Program-made: the position numbers and the translations under genes
Notes under the pieces: model-generated
Told to the model about the DNA's origin: nothing
Databases searched by the model: none
Seen by the model: the letters and a program-made list of their open reading frames with translations, nothing else
Shown here: positions 1 to 11,541 of the stretch, piece after piece
Numbering within the stretch: position 1 is the stretch's first letter
Layout: every line of letters begins with the position of its first letter
NCBI GenBank assembly: GCA_963709175.1
Contig: CAVPVK010000010.1
Coordinates: 19,704 to 83,703, forward strand
Reading direction: 5' to 3'
Length of the DNA stretch: 64,000 bases
Source of the DNA: an uncultured Planctomycetia bacterium
GTDB lineage: Bacteria; Planctomycetota; Planctomycetia; Pirellulales; Thermoguttaceae

Positions 1-384
1 ATCCTGCTCTTCCATGGGATCGGCTGATGAGTTTCCCCAGAGCAGCGTGAAGTTGCTAGCCTGCATTTCACGGGCGATTTCCGCGCAAATCGGTTCGAAG
101 ATCTCGGTATTGCCTAGTCCCGGGATCAGTAGCCCGAACATCTTGCTGCGCAAGGGGTTGGGACTCTTGATATAGGTCCCGGAGCCGACGCGACGTTCCA
201 CCAGTCCGGCGGTCTCAAGGTCGCGCATTGCGCGGGCCACCGTAGGCCGCGAAGTCTCGAAACGCCGGCAGAGTGCCACTTCGCTGGGAAGGCGCTCGCC
301 CGAGGCGAACTTTCCCGCCATAATTCGTTCATGGATATGTTCGAAAACTTGGCGGTGTTTGGGCTTATGACTGGCGTCGATCAT
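1..384 (-). CDS. GntR-type HTH regulator with LacI-like sugar-binding (PBP1) domain; 3' end lies outside the window
   Basis: My own minus-strand translation from the ATG at 384-382 reads MIDASHKPKHRQVFEHIHERIMAGKFASGERLPSEVALCRRFETSRPTVARAMRDLETAGLVERRVGSGTYIKSP..FGLLIPGLGNTEIFEPICAEIARE. This is a GntR winged-helix signature followed by the start of a periplasmic-binding fold. The frame stays open to position 1. It is missing from the ORF track because it has no stop in the window. It is divergent from the fructan locus. Confidence 0.75.
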   Translation of the reverse strand, partial: MIDASHKPKHRQVFEHIHERIMAGKFASGERLPSEVALCRRFETSRPTVARAMRDLETAGLVERRVGSGTYIKSPNPLRSKMFGLLIPGLGNTEIFEPICAEIAREMQASNFTLLWGNSSADPMEEQD

Positions 385-463
385 CGTAGCTGAGGGGGGG
401 CCGAAGGAAGAGCTTCCACAAATCTGATATTACAACTTCTTGAAATTGGCGTCAACCGCTTTC

Positions 464-492
464 TTGCGGATTTTGTAAAGCACTGCTATAGT
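464..492 (+). promoter_or_regulatory. Candidate sigma70-like promoter for the giant surface-protein/fructan locus
   Basis: TTGCGG (464-469), a 17-nt spacer, then TATAGT (487-492), about 85 nt upstream of the ATG at 575 in an AT-richer intergenic region. This is a pattern match only. Confidence 0.35.
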
Positions 493-511
493 GCGTCTAT
501 CCTCTGGGTGC

Positions 512-538
512 GAAACACAAAACCTATGCGTGTGTTTC
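512..538. promoter_or_regulatory. Inverted repeat GAAACACA-N11-TGTGTTTC; candidate operator or 5'-UTR hairpin
   Basis: Perfect 8-bp arms at 512-519 and 531-538, just downstream of the putative -10 box and between the divergent regulator gene and the gene starting at 575. Confidence 0.3.
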
Positions 539-574
539 TCTTTCTTGACAGTCAATGATGGGAGTTGAAGTTTC

Positions 575-3500
575 ATGAATTACCGATTCAATATCCATAT
601 CCATTTACCACAGGCCCTTTTACTGGCGTTTACGTTACTCTCCGGGTCGGCTCGGGCCGATCAACTTTGGACCAACGACACCGGAAACTTTTCTTGGGAC
701 GACACGTCACTGAATTGGAGCGGTGCCGCTTGGACGCCGGGGGCTAACGCCGCCTTCGGGGGACCGGGCGTCGGCACGATCAATGTCGCCGGGCAACAGT
801 CCGTGGGAAATCTGACCTTCACCGCCGCAGGCTACACGCTTGAGGGCGGCATGCTGTCGATGGCGGGCAACTTCGGGGTTTTTGGCAGCGCCAGCGCGAC
901 CGTCGACTCGGCCGTCTCCAGCAGTGGCATCCTCGTGTTGGATAGCTCCTATGTCGGGCAAATGACTTTCGGGGGCGCCGTGAACGTGGCCGGGTTTCAG
1001 GTCAACGGCGGCACGGCGATAATCAACGGTACTCTCAACTCGGCCGACGGATACTTCTATGTTGGCAATGGAGACGCCAACAACGGCGGCGACGGTCCCA
1101 ACTCCAACGCGAACACGATGATCATCGGCAACGCGGCCCAGGTCAATATCACCGGCAATCTGGGCGATGCGTTCGTCATTGGCCGCGATAGTGATCAGGG
1201 CACAGTCACCCAGAACGGTGGTGCGCTCAACTTCAACCCTGGCAACGGGTCTTCTTTGCTGGTTGCCGCCGGGCCAGCCACGGGCACCTATAATATGAAT
1301 GGCGGCACGCTCAATGTGAACGGAAACTTGTTGGGTGTCGGCAGTTATGGCGGCAAGGGGTCTTTCAATCAGTCCGCTGGATTGATCACAGCCGGCGGTA
1401 TCACGGTTGGCATGACCGGCGGCAATGGCATATTGCTGCAATCCGGCGGGACCATCACCACCGGCAATCTCGACCTGCAAAGCGGAACGGTCTCCGTAAC
1501 CAGCCCGACCGCCGTCGTCACCGTTGCCAATGGTTGGAACCAGGGGTTCCAGGTCGGCGACGGCGCCGCGGGCACGTTCAACCTCTCAGCGGGCCTGATC
1601 ACGGTCCACGACTTCACCATCGGCACAAACGGTGGAACCGGCGTCTTCAATCAATCGGGCGGCACGATCAACTCCAGCGACTTTTTCTCCACGGGGCTGG
1701 TCAACAACGGAACGGCCACTTACAACATGACTGGCGGCGTTTTCAACGAGGCAGGCGACTTCACCCTTTGCGAGACATCCAACCAGACCTGCGCCATGTA
1801 TCAGTCGGGCGGCGTGGTCAATCTCAACGGCAACAATGTCTTCGTGGGCCGATCGACCGTCGGAAAAGGCGTCTACTCGATCAGCGGCGGAACATTGAAC
1901 CAAACGTCGGGCGGCGGCAATGTGCAAATCGGCGGCGCGAATGCCGGCGCCGCCGGTGAGATGGATGTCAGCGGCAGCGGTTCGGTCAGCATTGCCGCGG
2001 GCACGATGTACGTCGGCAACAACAGCACTCCGGGCGTATTGACCGTCAGCCAGTCGGGCTCATTTTCTGCCAACAATATGCAGTTGGGGCTCAACGGCGG
2101 GACGGGCACGATCGTTGTCAGCGGCGGCCAATTCACTCTCGGCAATGGAAGCTACCTGGCGATGGGACTGGGCGGCGGCAATGCCACGGCCAGCGTTTAC
2201 ATGCTCGGCGGCGCGATGAGCCTCGGCTTCCTCTCTGTACACGAAAACTCGACGGCGGCCAGCAGTACATTTTATCAAACTGGCGGCACGGTGACCATGA
2301 ACAGTACCAACGGCATTGCCGTGGGGCGAAGCGGTGGCGGCACCGGCTACTACAGCATGTCGGGCGGCTTGTTCAACGTCGGCACCAATGATTTGAACCT
2401 CAGCATTGACAATTACAACGGTAACTCAGGTGAAACTGGCGTGCTGAACCTCAGCGGCGGATCGATCGTGCAATCCGGCATCTATGGAGTGCATCTTTCC
2501 GTAGACGGGAATTCCAATAGCACGGTCAATCAGACCGGCGGCTTTCTGGGCATTTCCAGCACGTCCATCGACGGTCTCGGTGTCGGTTGGAACGGTTCGA
2601 GCCAGGGCACGTACAACCTGGCCGGCGGCGTTCTACGGACCAACAAAGTGCAATCCCAGGCTGGCGCCAATGGCACTTTCAATTTCAACGGCGGTACGCT
2701 GCAGGCCGACGCCAACAATGCCGACTTCATGCAGGGGTTGACCTCCGCCGTCGTGCAGAGTGGCGGCGCGGTAATCGACACCAACGGCCAGAACATCACC
2801 ATCGCCCAACCGCTTGTGGCTCCCAACGTCTCCGACAGCGGGGCGGTGACGATCGCCGTCACTAGCGGCGGCTCGGGCTATGTGGCCCCGCCCACGGTGA
2901 CGGTCAGCGGCGGCTCGGGCACACCCGCTACGGCAATCGCGAACCTCGATGGCAACGGCCACGTCGCAAGTATAACCATCGCCAATCCTGGCGATTACAC
3001 CAACCTGACCAACGTTGCGGTCAACTTCAGCGGTGGCTTTGGCACAGCCGCCAGTGGCGCGGCTGCCGCGGCAACAGTCAATTTCGCCAATCTTACGAGC
3101 GGCGGCCTGACGAAGGTCGGCAGCGGCGCCCTCACTTTGACCGCGGCCAACACTTACACGGGCAACACGGCCGTGAACGCTGGGACACTCTGTCTCAATG
3201 GCGTCAACGCGACCGCCTCCATCACGGTAGCCGGCGGGGCCGCACTGAGCGGGACCGGCTCGGCACCAGCAGCTACCGTCAACGTGGCCGCTGGCGGCAC
3301 GCTCGACTTCAGCCAGAACGCTGGCGCCGTGTTTGCCGTCGGCGGGCTGAACTTCGCGGGCGGCAGCGCCATCAATGTCGGTGCGCTGGCAGACTATGTG
3401 TCCAATCCGGTCTTGAGTGCGGGGACGATCAGCGCGTCGAATTCGGTTGCCATCAACGCGAACCTCGGCAGCACGACCGTCCTTCCGGGAACCTACGACC

Positions 3501-6401
3501 TGATCGGGTACGGCGGCTCGATCGGCGGCAGCGGATCGGCGGCATTCCATGTCGCGATAAGCGGCCTGGGAAGCAGGCAGACTGCGACTGTGGTCGATAG
3601 CAACAATCAAATCGACATTGTCGTCAGCGGAGCGACACCCTATTGGAACGGAACAGCGTCTGACTGGCTGGCGACCAATGCCTGGACGCTCCAGCCCAGC
3701 AATACGCTGACGACCTACCAGGCTGGCGATGCTGACATCTTTGATGATGCAAATAATATTGCGTCTAATGGCAACGTATCGCTCAATAGAGGCAACATCG
3801 CGCCGGCGAGCGTGACCTTCCTCAACAATGCGTTGGCATACAGCTTGAGCGGAAGCTACGGTATAACCGGTACGAGCAGCCTGGCGATTATCGGCGGCGG
3901 CGTGGTGACGATCTCCGACTCCAACAGCTATAGCGGTGGCACGATCCTGAACGCCGGCGCGTTGAACGTCAACAATGCCTCGGCCTTGGGAAGCGGCCCT
4001 CTGTCGATCTCGGGCGGTACGATCGACAACACCAGTGGCGCGTCCGTGACGCTTTCCACCAACAATCCCCAGACATGGAGCGGCAGTTTCACATTCCAGG
4101 GCAGCAATCCCCTCAATTTGGCGCGGGGGCGGTGACGGTCAGCGGGTCATTGCAAACCGTTACGGTTTCCGGCAGCACGCTGACCGTAGACGGCCCGATT
4201 TCTGCGGCAAATTCGCTCTTAACTGTAAGCGGCGGCGGCGTTCTGGCGTTAACGGGCAACAACACTATCGGCGCCACGAACGTCACGGGCGGCGTTCTCA
4301 TTTCCAGCGGCAGCAGTTCCCTGGGCCCAACCACGGTCAACAATGCTACGCTTCTGCTCAGCGGCAACAACACCCTCGGCGCTACTGCGGTCCAAGGCAA
4401 CGGGTCGCTCGTCGCCGCGGGCAACACCACTTTCGCGGGCCTGCAGGCAAATGGCGGCGGAACGGTCCTCGTATCGGGAAGCGTGAACGTGGCCAGCGGC
4501 TACTTCTACATTGGCAACGGCGGCACCAACAACGGTGCCTATGACACTTCCGGCACGATGACCATCAACAGTGGCGCTACGTTGAACGTTACAGGCAACC
4601 TGGGTGACAACTTCGTCGTCGGCCGCGATTCCGGTTCGGGAGTCGTCAATCAGAATGGCGGGCTGTTCAACTACAATCCCACCAATGGCGACTTCTTCGT
4701 CGGCGCCAGCAACAACGCGGCCACCAGCGCCACGTACAACATGAACGGCGGCACATTGAACCTTAACGGTAAGACGCTCGACGTCGGCTTCGGCGCCGGC
4801 GCAGGGGCGAGCGGCGCGATGAACCAGGCCGGCGGCATAGTGGCAAACGCGGGGACGCTCAAAGTCGGCGTCGGCATCGGCGGCGGCACGTACAATCTGA
4901 CCGGCGGGCAGGTCACGGTTGGCGCGGGTGGAATCGTCGGTGCTTCGAGCTATACGATCAATCTGGGTGGCGGTACCGTCGCCGCCGCCGCCAACTGGTC
5001 GTCGGCCGCGGCCATGACCCTGACGGGGATCAACGGCAACGCGACTTTCGATACGACCGGCGGGTCCATATCCTTGAGCGGCCCCTTGAGCGGCGCCGGT
5101 GGCCTGCAAAAGGTCGGGCCCGGCGTACTTTCACTCACGGCCAGCGCAACCTTTGCCGGCCCGACGATCGTGGCTGGAGGGACGTTGAAGCTGGCGCCGG
5201 GCAATCTGCCTGGGGGAACAGTGGCCTACTACAACTTCAGCAATCCGGGTAATCTCGGTTTCGATGCCAGCGGAAATGGTAACAACCTGGTGACCGGCAC
5301 GGGCTCTCCAACTTACTCCGCGAGCGGCGTCTTCGGCGGCGGCGCGCTCAGCCTGGACGGCGCTTCGACGCTCGTGGCCAACGCCTTTCCCACGGGAGTC
5401 CCGACCGGCGGCAGCCCCTTCACCATCGCGGTCTGGGAGCAGTCGGCGCCTGGCAATGCCGCCAATGCCGGCTTCGTTGGCTGGGGAACCAACTCCAACA
5501 ACGAGACAAACAACCTCCGCCTGGACGGGCCCAACGCCGTTTCGGACTACTTTTACAACAACGACCTCGTGGCGAACACCAGCGCCAATCTGATGGATGG
5601 AACGTGGCATTTCATCGTCGCAACCTACGATGGCACCACAGAAACGATTTATGCGGATGGAACGCCGCTCTCGCCGTCGCGAACCAATTTCACGGCTCTA
5701 ACGTGCAAGCGGCAAACTTCGTCGTCGGCAAGACAACCGCCGACGTCAATTTTACGGGCCTGTTGGACGACCTGCTGATCGCCAATACGGCGCTCAGTTC
5801 GGCGCAAATCGCGGCCCTTTACAACTCGGGGGTCGGTAACGGAGGCAGCAGTAACATCCTGCCCGCCACGACGGCCTTGAAGGTCGCCAGCGGCGGCACG
5901 CTCGATCTGAACGGCGCGTGGCAGCAGGTGGCCTCGCTCAGCGACGCCGCGCCGGGATCGGGCGGAAGTATAATCAACAGCAACCTGGAAGCACCGGCGG
6001 TCCTCACCATCAGCCCCACGGGTGGATCGACGACTTTCAGCGGGTCAATCGAAGGCGGCGGCACGCTGGGATCGCTGGGCCTGGTGCTCTCCGGCCCGGG
6101 CACCCTGGTCTTAAGCGGCAGCAACAGCTATGAAGGAGGCACAACCGTGGCCGAGGGGACGCTGATTGTGGCAACGGGCGGGGCCCTGCCCACCGGAACG
6201 AGCTTGACGGTGGGCGCGGGTGGCACATTTGTGTTCGACCCTTCGGAGGCGGGGACGCCGTTGGCGCAGGCCGCCGCCGAGTCGAGCGCGAACGGCGTGG
6301 CGGCGGTACCCGAGCCAGGGGCAATCGCGCTGCTCCTGGCGGCCCTCGGGATCGCAATGCTCCGTCGCCGCCTGGTTCACCGGCGGAGATCGTTGGGTTA
6401 A
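575..6401 (+). CDS. Giant secreted autotransporter-associated beta-strand-repeat protein with LamG-like domain and PEP-CTERM anchor (2 frameshifts as assembled)
   Basis: ORFs 575-4135, 4075-5778 and 5604-6401 join into one protein. It has a signal peptide (MNYRFNIHIHLPQALLLAFTLLSGSARA) and many G-T-L-x-L-x-G-x-N-T-Y-T/S-G-G-T repeats. A concanavalin/LamG-like block follows (GGSPFTIAVWEQ..NNLRLDG..GTWHFIVATYDG..ANFVVGKTT..FTGLLDDLLIANTALS). The C terminus is VPEPGAIALLLAALGIAMLRRRLVHRRR, i.e. a PEP-CTERM motif, a TM helix and an Arg tail. Frame changes are near 4120 and 5700, placed by comparison with the paralog at 9.6-11.5 kb. Confidence 0.8.
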
Positions 6402-6405
6402 TCGA

Positions 6406-9400
6406 ATGCGAGCAAGGCAGACGACGTGTCCACGACGTTCTGAACAATGGTTCCGCGCGGCTTGCCTGCTTTTGAGCGGCATCGCCATGGCGGGATCCAG
6501 GCTTGCGCGGCGCAGTCCTCGTCCGATCCCTATCGTCCCAGCTTCCACATTACCGCGCCGGTCGGCTGGATCAACGATCCCAATGGGCTGATCGAGACGC
6601 CCGACGACACCTACCAGTACTTTTATCAATACAATCCGACCGGTTACACTTGGGGAGACATCAATTGGGGCCACGCCACCAGCAGCAACATGCTTGACTG
6701 GACAACACAGCCGGTGGCCCTCACCAACACCCTTTCCTATAACGTCGGAGGCTGCTTCACCGGCAGCGCGATCGAGAACTCCAGCGGCCAGTTGACCCTC
6801 GTCTACACGGCTGTGGATGCCAGCGGCAACGAAACGCAAGCCATTGCCACGGCCACGGACTCGACGAACCTCACTTTCACCGAGTATACCAGCAACCCAG
6901 TCATTTCCAGCCCCCCGCCGGGCGGCGACAGCGGCGACTTCCGCGATCCCAAAGTCTGGCAATACAATGGCACATACTACATGATTACCGGCTGGCGCAA
7001 AACGGCCTGGCCAGCACGTTCGTTTACAGCTCGTCGAACCTGGTGAACTGGACCTTTCGCAACCTTTGCTACCAAGACGGCAGCAGCGGGGCTTGGGAGT
7101 GCCCCAATCTCTTTCCCTTGGGCAGCAATGGACAGTATGTCTTGACGTACGGCGCCAACGGGTACGACGAGGCCTCCGTCGGCACGTTCAACTACCAGAC
7201 ATGCCAGTTCACGGCCCGGAATTCGCAAAAACTCGACTACGGCGAATTCTACGCCGGGCAGACCTTCGTCGATCAAAAGGGGCGGACGATCCTCGTGGGC
7301 TGGATTACCGGTTCCGACGGCACCGGGCCGACGTACGGCTGGCAGGGATATTTGAGCATTCCGCGCGTAATGAGCATCCTGCCCGACGGCACGATCAGCA
7401 CGGAGCCCATTCCGGAAATCGCCTCTTTGCGGCAGAACCACCAGCAGTTCAATAACGTGAATGTGACCGCGGTGGGCAGCGGTTACCTGCCGACCGTCAG
7501 CGGCAACTGCATGCAATTGCTGGCCAACTTCAACCTGGCAACGACAACGGCCACAGACTTCGGCCTGGACCTCCTGGAATCGTCCAACGGCAGTCAGGCG
7601 GTGCAGGTCTACTACGACAAGACGAACCTCTATCTGAAGAGCAGTGACGGCACCTTCACCGCGCCGCTGAGCATGGCCACAATTGGCAACACGCTGTCAC
7701 TGGACATTCTCGTCGACGCTTCAGTCGTCGAGGTCTTCGGCAACGATGGCCGCGTGGCCTTGACCGCCCGCGCTTTCAATGCCCCGACTAGCCTGGGCTA
7801 CGACCTCTTTGCCACCGGCGGCTCGACGTCGTTGATCAGCCTCGACACGTACCAGTTGACCACCAATCCGCTGAAGACCTGGACGGGCGGCGGCAGCGAC
7901 GCCAATTGGTCCACCGCCGCCAATTGGGCCGACGGGGTTGCGCCGGGACTCGGCGCTACGATCACGCTGGCCGGCTCCGGGCAAACGACCAACAACAATC
8001 TCGACCCGACGAGCACTTACCTGGCCGGGCTGAGCTTCGCCGCGTCGGCGGGCAGCTTCACCGTGACGGGCAGCGCCATCTGGCTGCAAGGCCCCTTGAG
8101 CAACTTGAGCGCCAAACCGCAGACAATCCAGGCGCCCCTGGTCCTGGACGGCCAGAACGTCCCGGTCAACGCGGTGGGCGACGTGTACCTCAATGGGCCT
8201 GTTAGTCAGTTGGGGGGCAGTTTCGGCATCGTCAAGTTCGACGGCGGCACATTGTACCTCGGCGGTTCCAACAGCTACACCGGCGGCACGACAATCGCCG
8301 CGGGCAACCTGGTTTTCATGACGACCGCGGCCATTTCCGCCAGCGGAAAGATCCTCATCCAAAGCGGCGCGGCGCTGAATGCCACAGGGGCCTATGCCAC
8401 GGTCCAAGCTTGGCTGGCCAGCGGAGCGATCGACCCCAGTTCCAGCGGCGCGATCGCCGTCGGCAGCAACGACAACGAGCACATTAACTTCGCGGGCTAC
8501 AACTCGCTCTGCCTGGGGGCAGTTGCCGGTGGAGCGACCTTCAGCGGCACAATCACTCCAACCAACAACGTCTACCGCCTGGGCGGCGGCGGGCCGCTGA
8601 CGGTGACGGCATCGCTGCCGGATGCCGCGGGCACGGAGCTGGTGGTCAGCGGGGCGGTCACGCTCGCCGCGAGCAACACCTATACTGGCGGCACCAAGGT
8701 CCTGACCTGCAGCACTCTCGAACTTGGCCAGCGGACTTCACTGTACAACGCCAACACGGGCGATTGGACCGCGGCCAATATCGTCGTTAACAGCGGCGCC
8801 ACGCTGACGCTGGCTGTGGGCGGTCCGGGCCAGTTCACCGCCGCGGACGTGCAGCTCCTGGCGACCATGGGAAACTCCAATGGCGGTTTCCAGAGCGGCT
8901 CGTCGCTGGGGTTGGACACCAGCGGTGGAAGCCTTGCCTACGGCAACGCACTCGCCAATCCCAACGACGGCGGCAACGTGCTTTCGTTAGTCAAGCTGGG
9001 GACCAATACACTTTCTCTCAACGCCGCCGACACCTTCACGGGCACGACGTCGATCGCCGCCGGCGCGATCAGCCTGGGCAATGCGCAGGCCCTGCAGTAC
9101 AGTACGGTGACCATCGTCCCCAACAACGGCCTGACCTTTGCCGCCGGCATCGTCGCGCCCACGCTCGGGGCGTTGGCGGGCAGCGGCAACCTGCTGCTGC
9201 AGAATGCCGCGGGAAACGCCGTCACGCTTGCCGTGGGCTCCAACGGCGCCTCGACGACCTACGGAGGTGTGTTGAGCGGCAGCGGCGGCCTGACGGTAGT
9301 CGGCAGCGCCACGCTGGTCCTGACGGGCGGCAACATCTACTCGGGTGGTACCACGGTCACCGCGGGCAGCCTGCAAATTGGGGCGGGCGGCACGGGCGCC

Positions 9401-11541
9401 TCGCTCGCCAGCGGCACGATCAACTACAATGCGGCGGCCCTGACGTTCGACCAGGCCGACAACACCACCTACGCGGGGACGATCGACGGATCCGGCGTTT
9501 TCTCCGAGTTAGGCACGGGGCAGTTGACGCTCAACGGCAATACGACTACCGGCGACTCGCTGGTCACCGGCGGCACGCTCGTCCTGGCCGGTACCCATTC
9601 TTTCACCGGCCTGCAGGCCAGCGGCGGGGCGATCGTGGTTTCCGGCAGCGTGAACGTGGCCAGCGGGTATTTCTACGTCGGCAACGGCGGCGCCAATAAC
9701 GGCGTCGCCGGCACGATCGGCGGGCAGTTGATCATTGACGGCGAGGCGACCATCAATGTCACGGGGAACTTGGGCGACAACCTCGTCGTCGGCCGAGATT
9801 CCGGCAGCGGCAGCGTGATCCAAAACGGCGGACTGTTCAATTACCATCCCAGCCAATCCACCTTCTACGTCTGCGCCAGCAACAACCCCAGCACTAATGC
9901 GTTCTATTACATGAACGGCGGCACGCTGAACCTCAATGGCAAGACGATGGCGGTGGGCTTCGGAACGAGCGGGAACTCGGCCACGGGCACTTTGACACAA
10001 ACGGGCGGGATGATTGCGGGCGTCGGCGCTTTGCAGGTCGGTGTCGTCAGTGGCGACGGCGCTTTCAATCTCACCGGTGGTCAGTTCGTGATCGGCAGCG
10101 GCGGGATCGTCGGCAGCTCGAACTACGCGATCCACCTTGGCGGCGGGACGATCGCCGCCGCCGGCAACTGGTCTTCGGCTGCGGCCATGACGCTCACCGG
10201 CGTCAACGGCAACGCGTGCTTCGACACCACGGGCGGTTCGATCGTGCTCAGCGGCCCGTTTACCGGCACGGGCGGCCTAACCAAGATCGGCGCCGGTACA
10301 CTTCAGTTGACGGCTCCTTGCAGCTATACGGGCGCGACAGTCGTCAGTGGCGGGACGTTGCGGTTGGTTGCCAACGTGCTGCCGGCTGGGACGGTGGCGT
10401 ACTACAGTTTCAACAATTCCGCCAACCTGGGCGCCGACAGCAGCGGCAACGGATACAACCTGGTCGTGGGAAGCGGCGCGCCGGCCTTTTCGGCCAGCGG
10501 CCTCTTTGGCGGCGGGGCGCTGAGCCTCGACGGGTCGTCGACGCTCGTGGCAGCGACCTTCCCCTCGCTTCTGCCAACTGGCGGCAGCCCCTATACGATC
10601 GCCTTGTGGGAGGAAGCTGCCCCGGGTTGCGCGAACAACGGCGGTTTCCTCGGCTGGGGCGTGAATGCCAACAACGAAACCAATAACCTGCGGCTGAACG
10701 GCCCCAATTCCCTGCAAAACTACTGGTACAACAATGATCTGACCGCCACCGGCATGGCCGTCAATCCGATGGACGGCAATTGGCACTTCATCGTCGCCAC
10801 TTATAACGGAACTGCAAACACCCTGTACTGCGACGGCAGCCAGGTGGCCACGCGGACGGCCGCCGGCCTGAGTGCTCAGGCGGCGAATTTCGTCGTCGGC
10901 AAGACGACCAACGACGTCGATTTCACGGGCCTGCTCGACGACGTTCTCATCGCCGACACCGCCCTAAACCTGGCGCAAATCACCGCGCTGATGACTTCCG
11001 GCGTCAATCCCTCCAGCGGCAACGTCCTGCCCGCCGCCACCGCGCTGACGATTGCCATCGGCGCAACGCTGGACCTCGACGGCACGAGGCAACAGGTGGC
11101 CTCGTTGGGCGATGTTGGTCCCGGCACCGGCGGCAACATCGTTAACAGCAACGCAGCGACGCCGTCGGTCCTCGTCGTCAGCCCAAGCAGCGGTTCGAGC
11201 ACGTTCAGCGGACAGATTGAGGGGGGCGATGGGCTGGGCGCGATCGAGTTGCTGAAGGCGGGGGCGGGGACCTTGGTCCTCTCGGGCTCGAATTCCTACA
11301 CGGGAGGCACGACGGTTGCCGCCGGCGCCATGGTGGACACCGCCACCGACGTCCTTCCGGCCGGCATGCCTCTAGCCATCGGCGCCGGGGGAACGTTCCT
11401 CTTCGACCCGACGGCAGGCGGATCGCCGGCAGCGGGCCTCGCTGACAACCTATTCGCCGTGCCGGAACCGGGCACTATTGCGTTGATATTGGCGGCCGCG
11501 TGCGGCGCGGTCTTCCGTCGCCGCGGCCGAGGGCCGACAAA
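6406..11541 (+). CDS. GH32 (beta-fructofuranosidase/fructanase) catalytic domain fused to autotransporter-type beta-strand repeats, LamG-like domain and PEP-CTERM anchor (frameshifted; stop codon missing as assembled)
   Basis: The signal peptide is in one frame (MRARQTTCPRRSEQWFRAACLLLSGIAMAGS, ATG 6406). GH32 motifs follow: WINDPNG (about 6560), FRDPKVW (about 6940) and ECPNLFPL (about 7100), plus a C-terminal beta-sandwich up to about 7870. Repeats and a LamG block come next (GGSPYTIALWEE..NNLRLNG..GNWHFIVATYNG). The protein ends with VPEPGTIALILAAACGAVFRRRGRG (11459-11535). Frame changes are near 6500 and 6990. Confidence 0.75.

Noticed and set aside
126-332. The 68-aa minus-strand ORF given in the track at the left edge.
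   Set aside because: It is in the wrong frame. The real gene is the GntR-type regulator, which reads from 384 to beyond position 1 in another minus frame.
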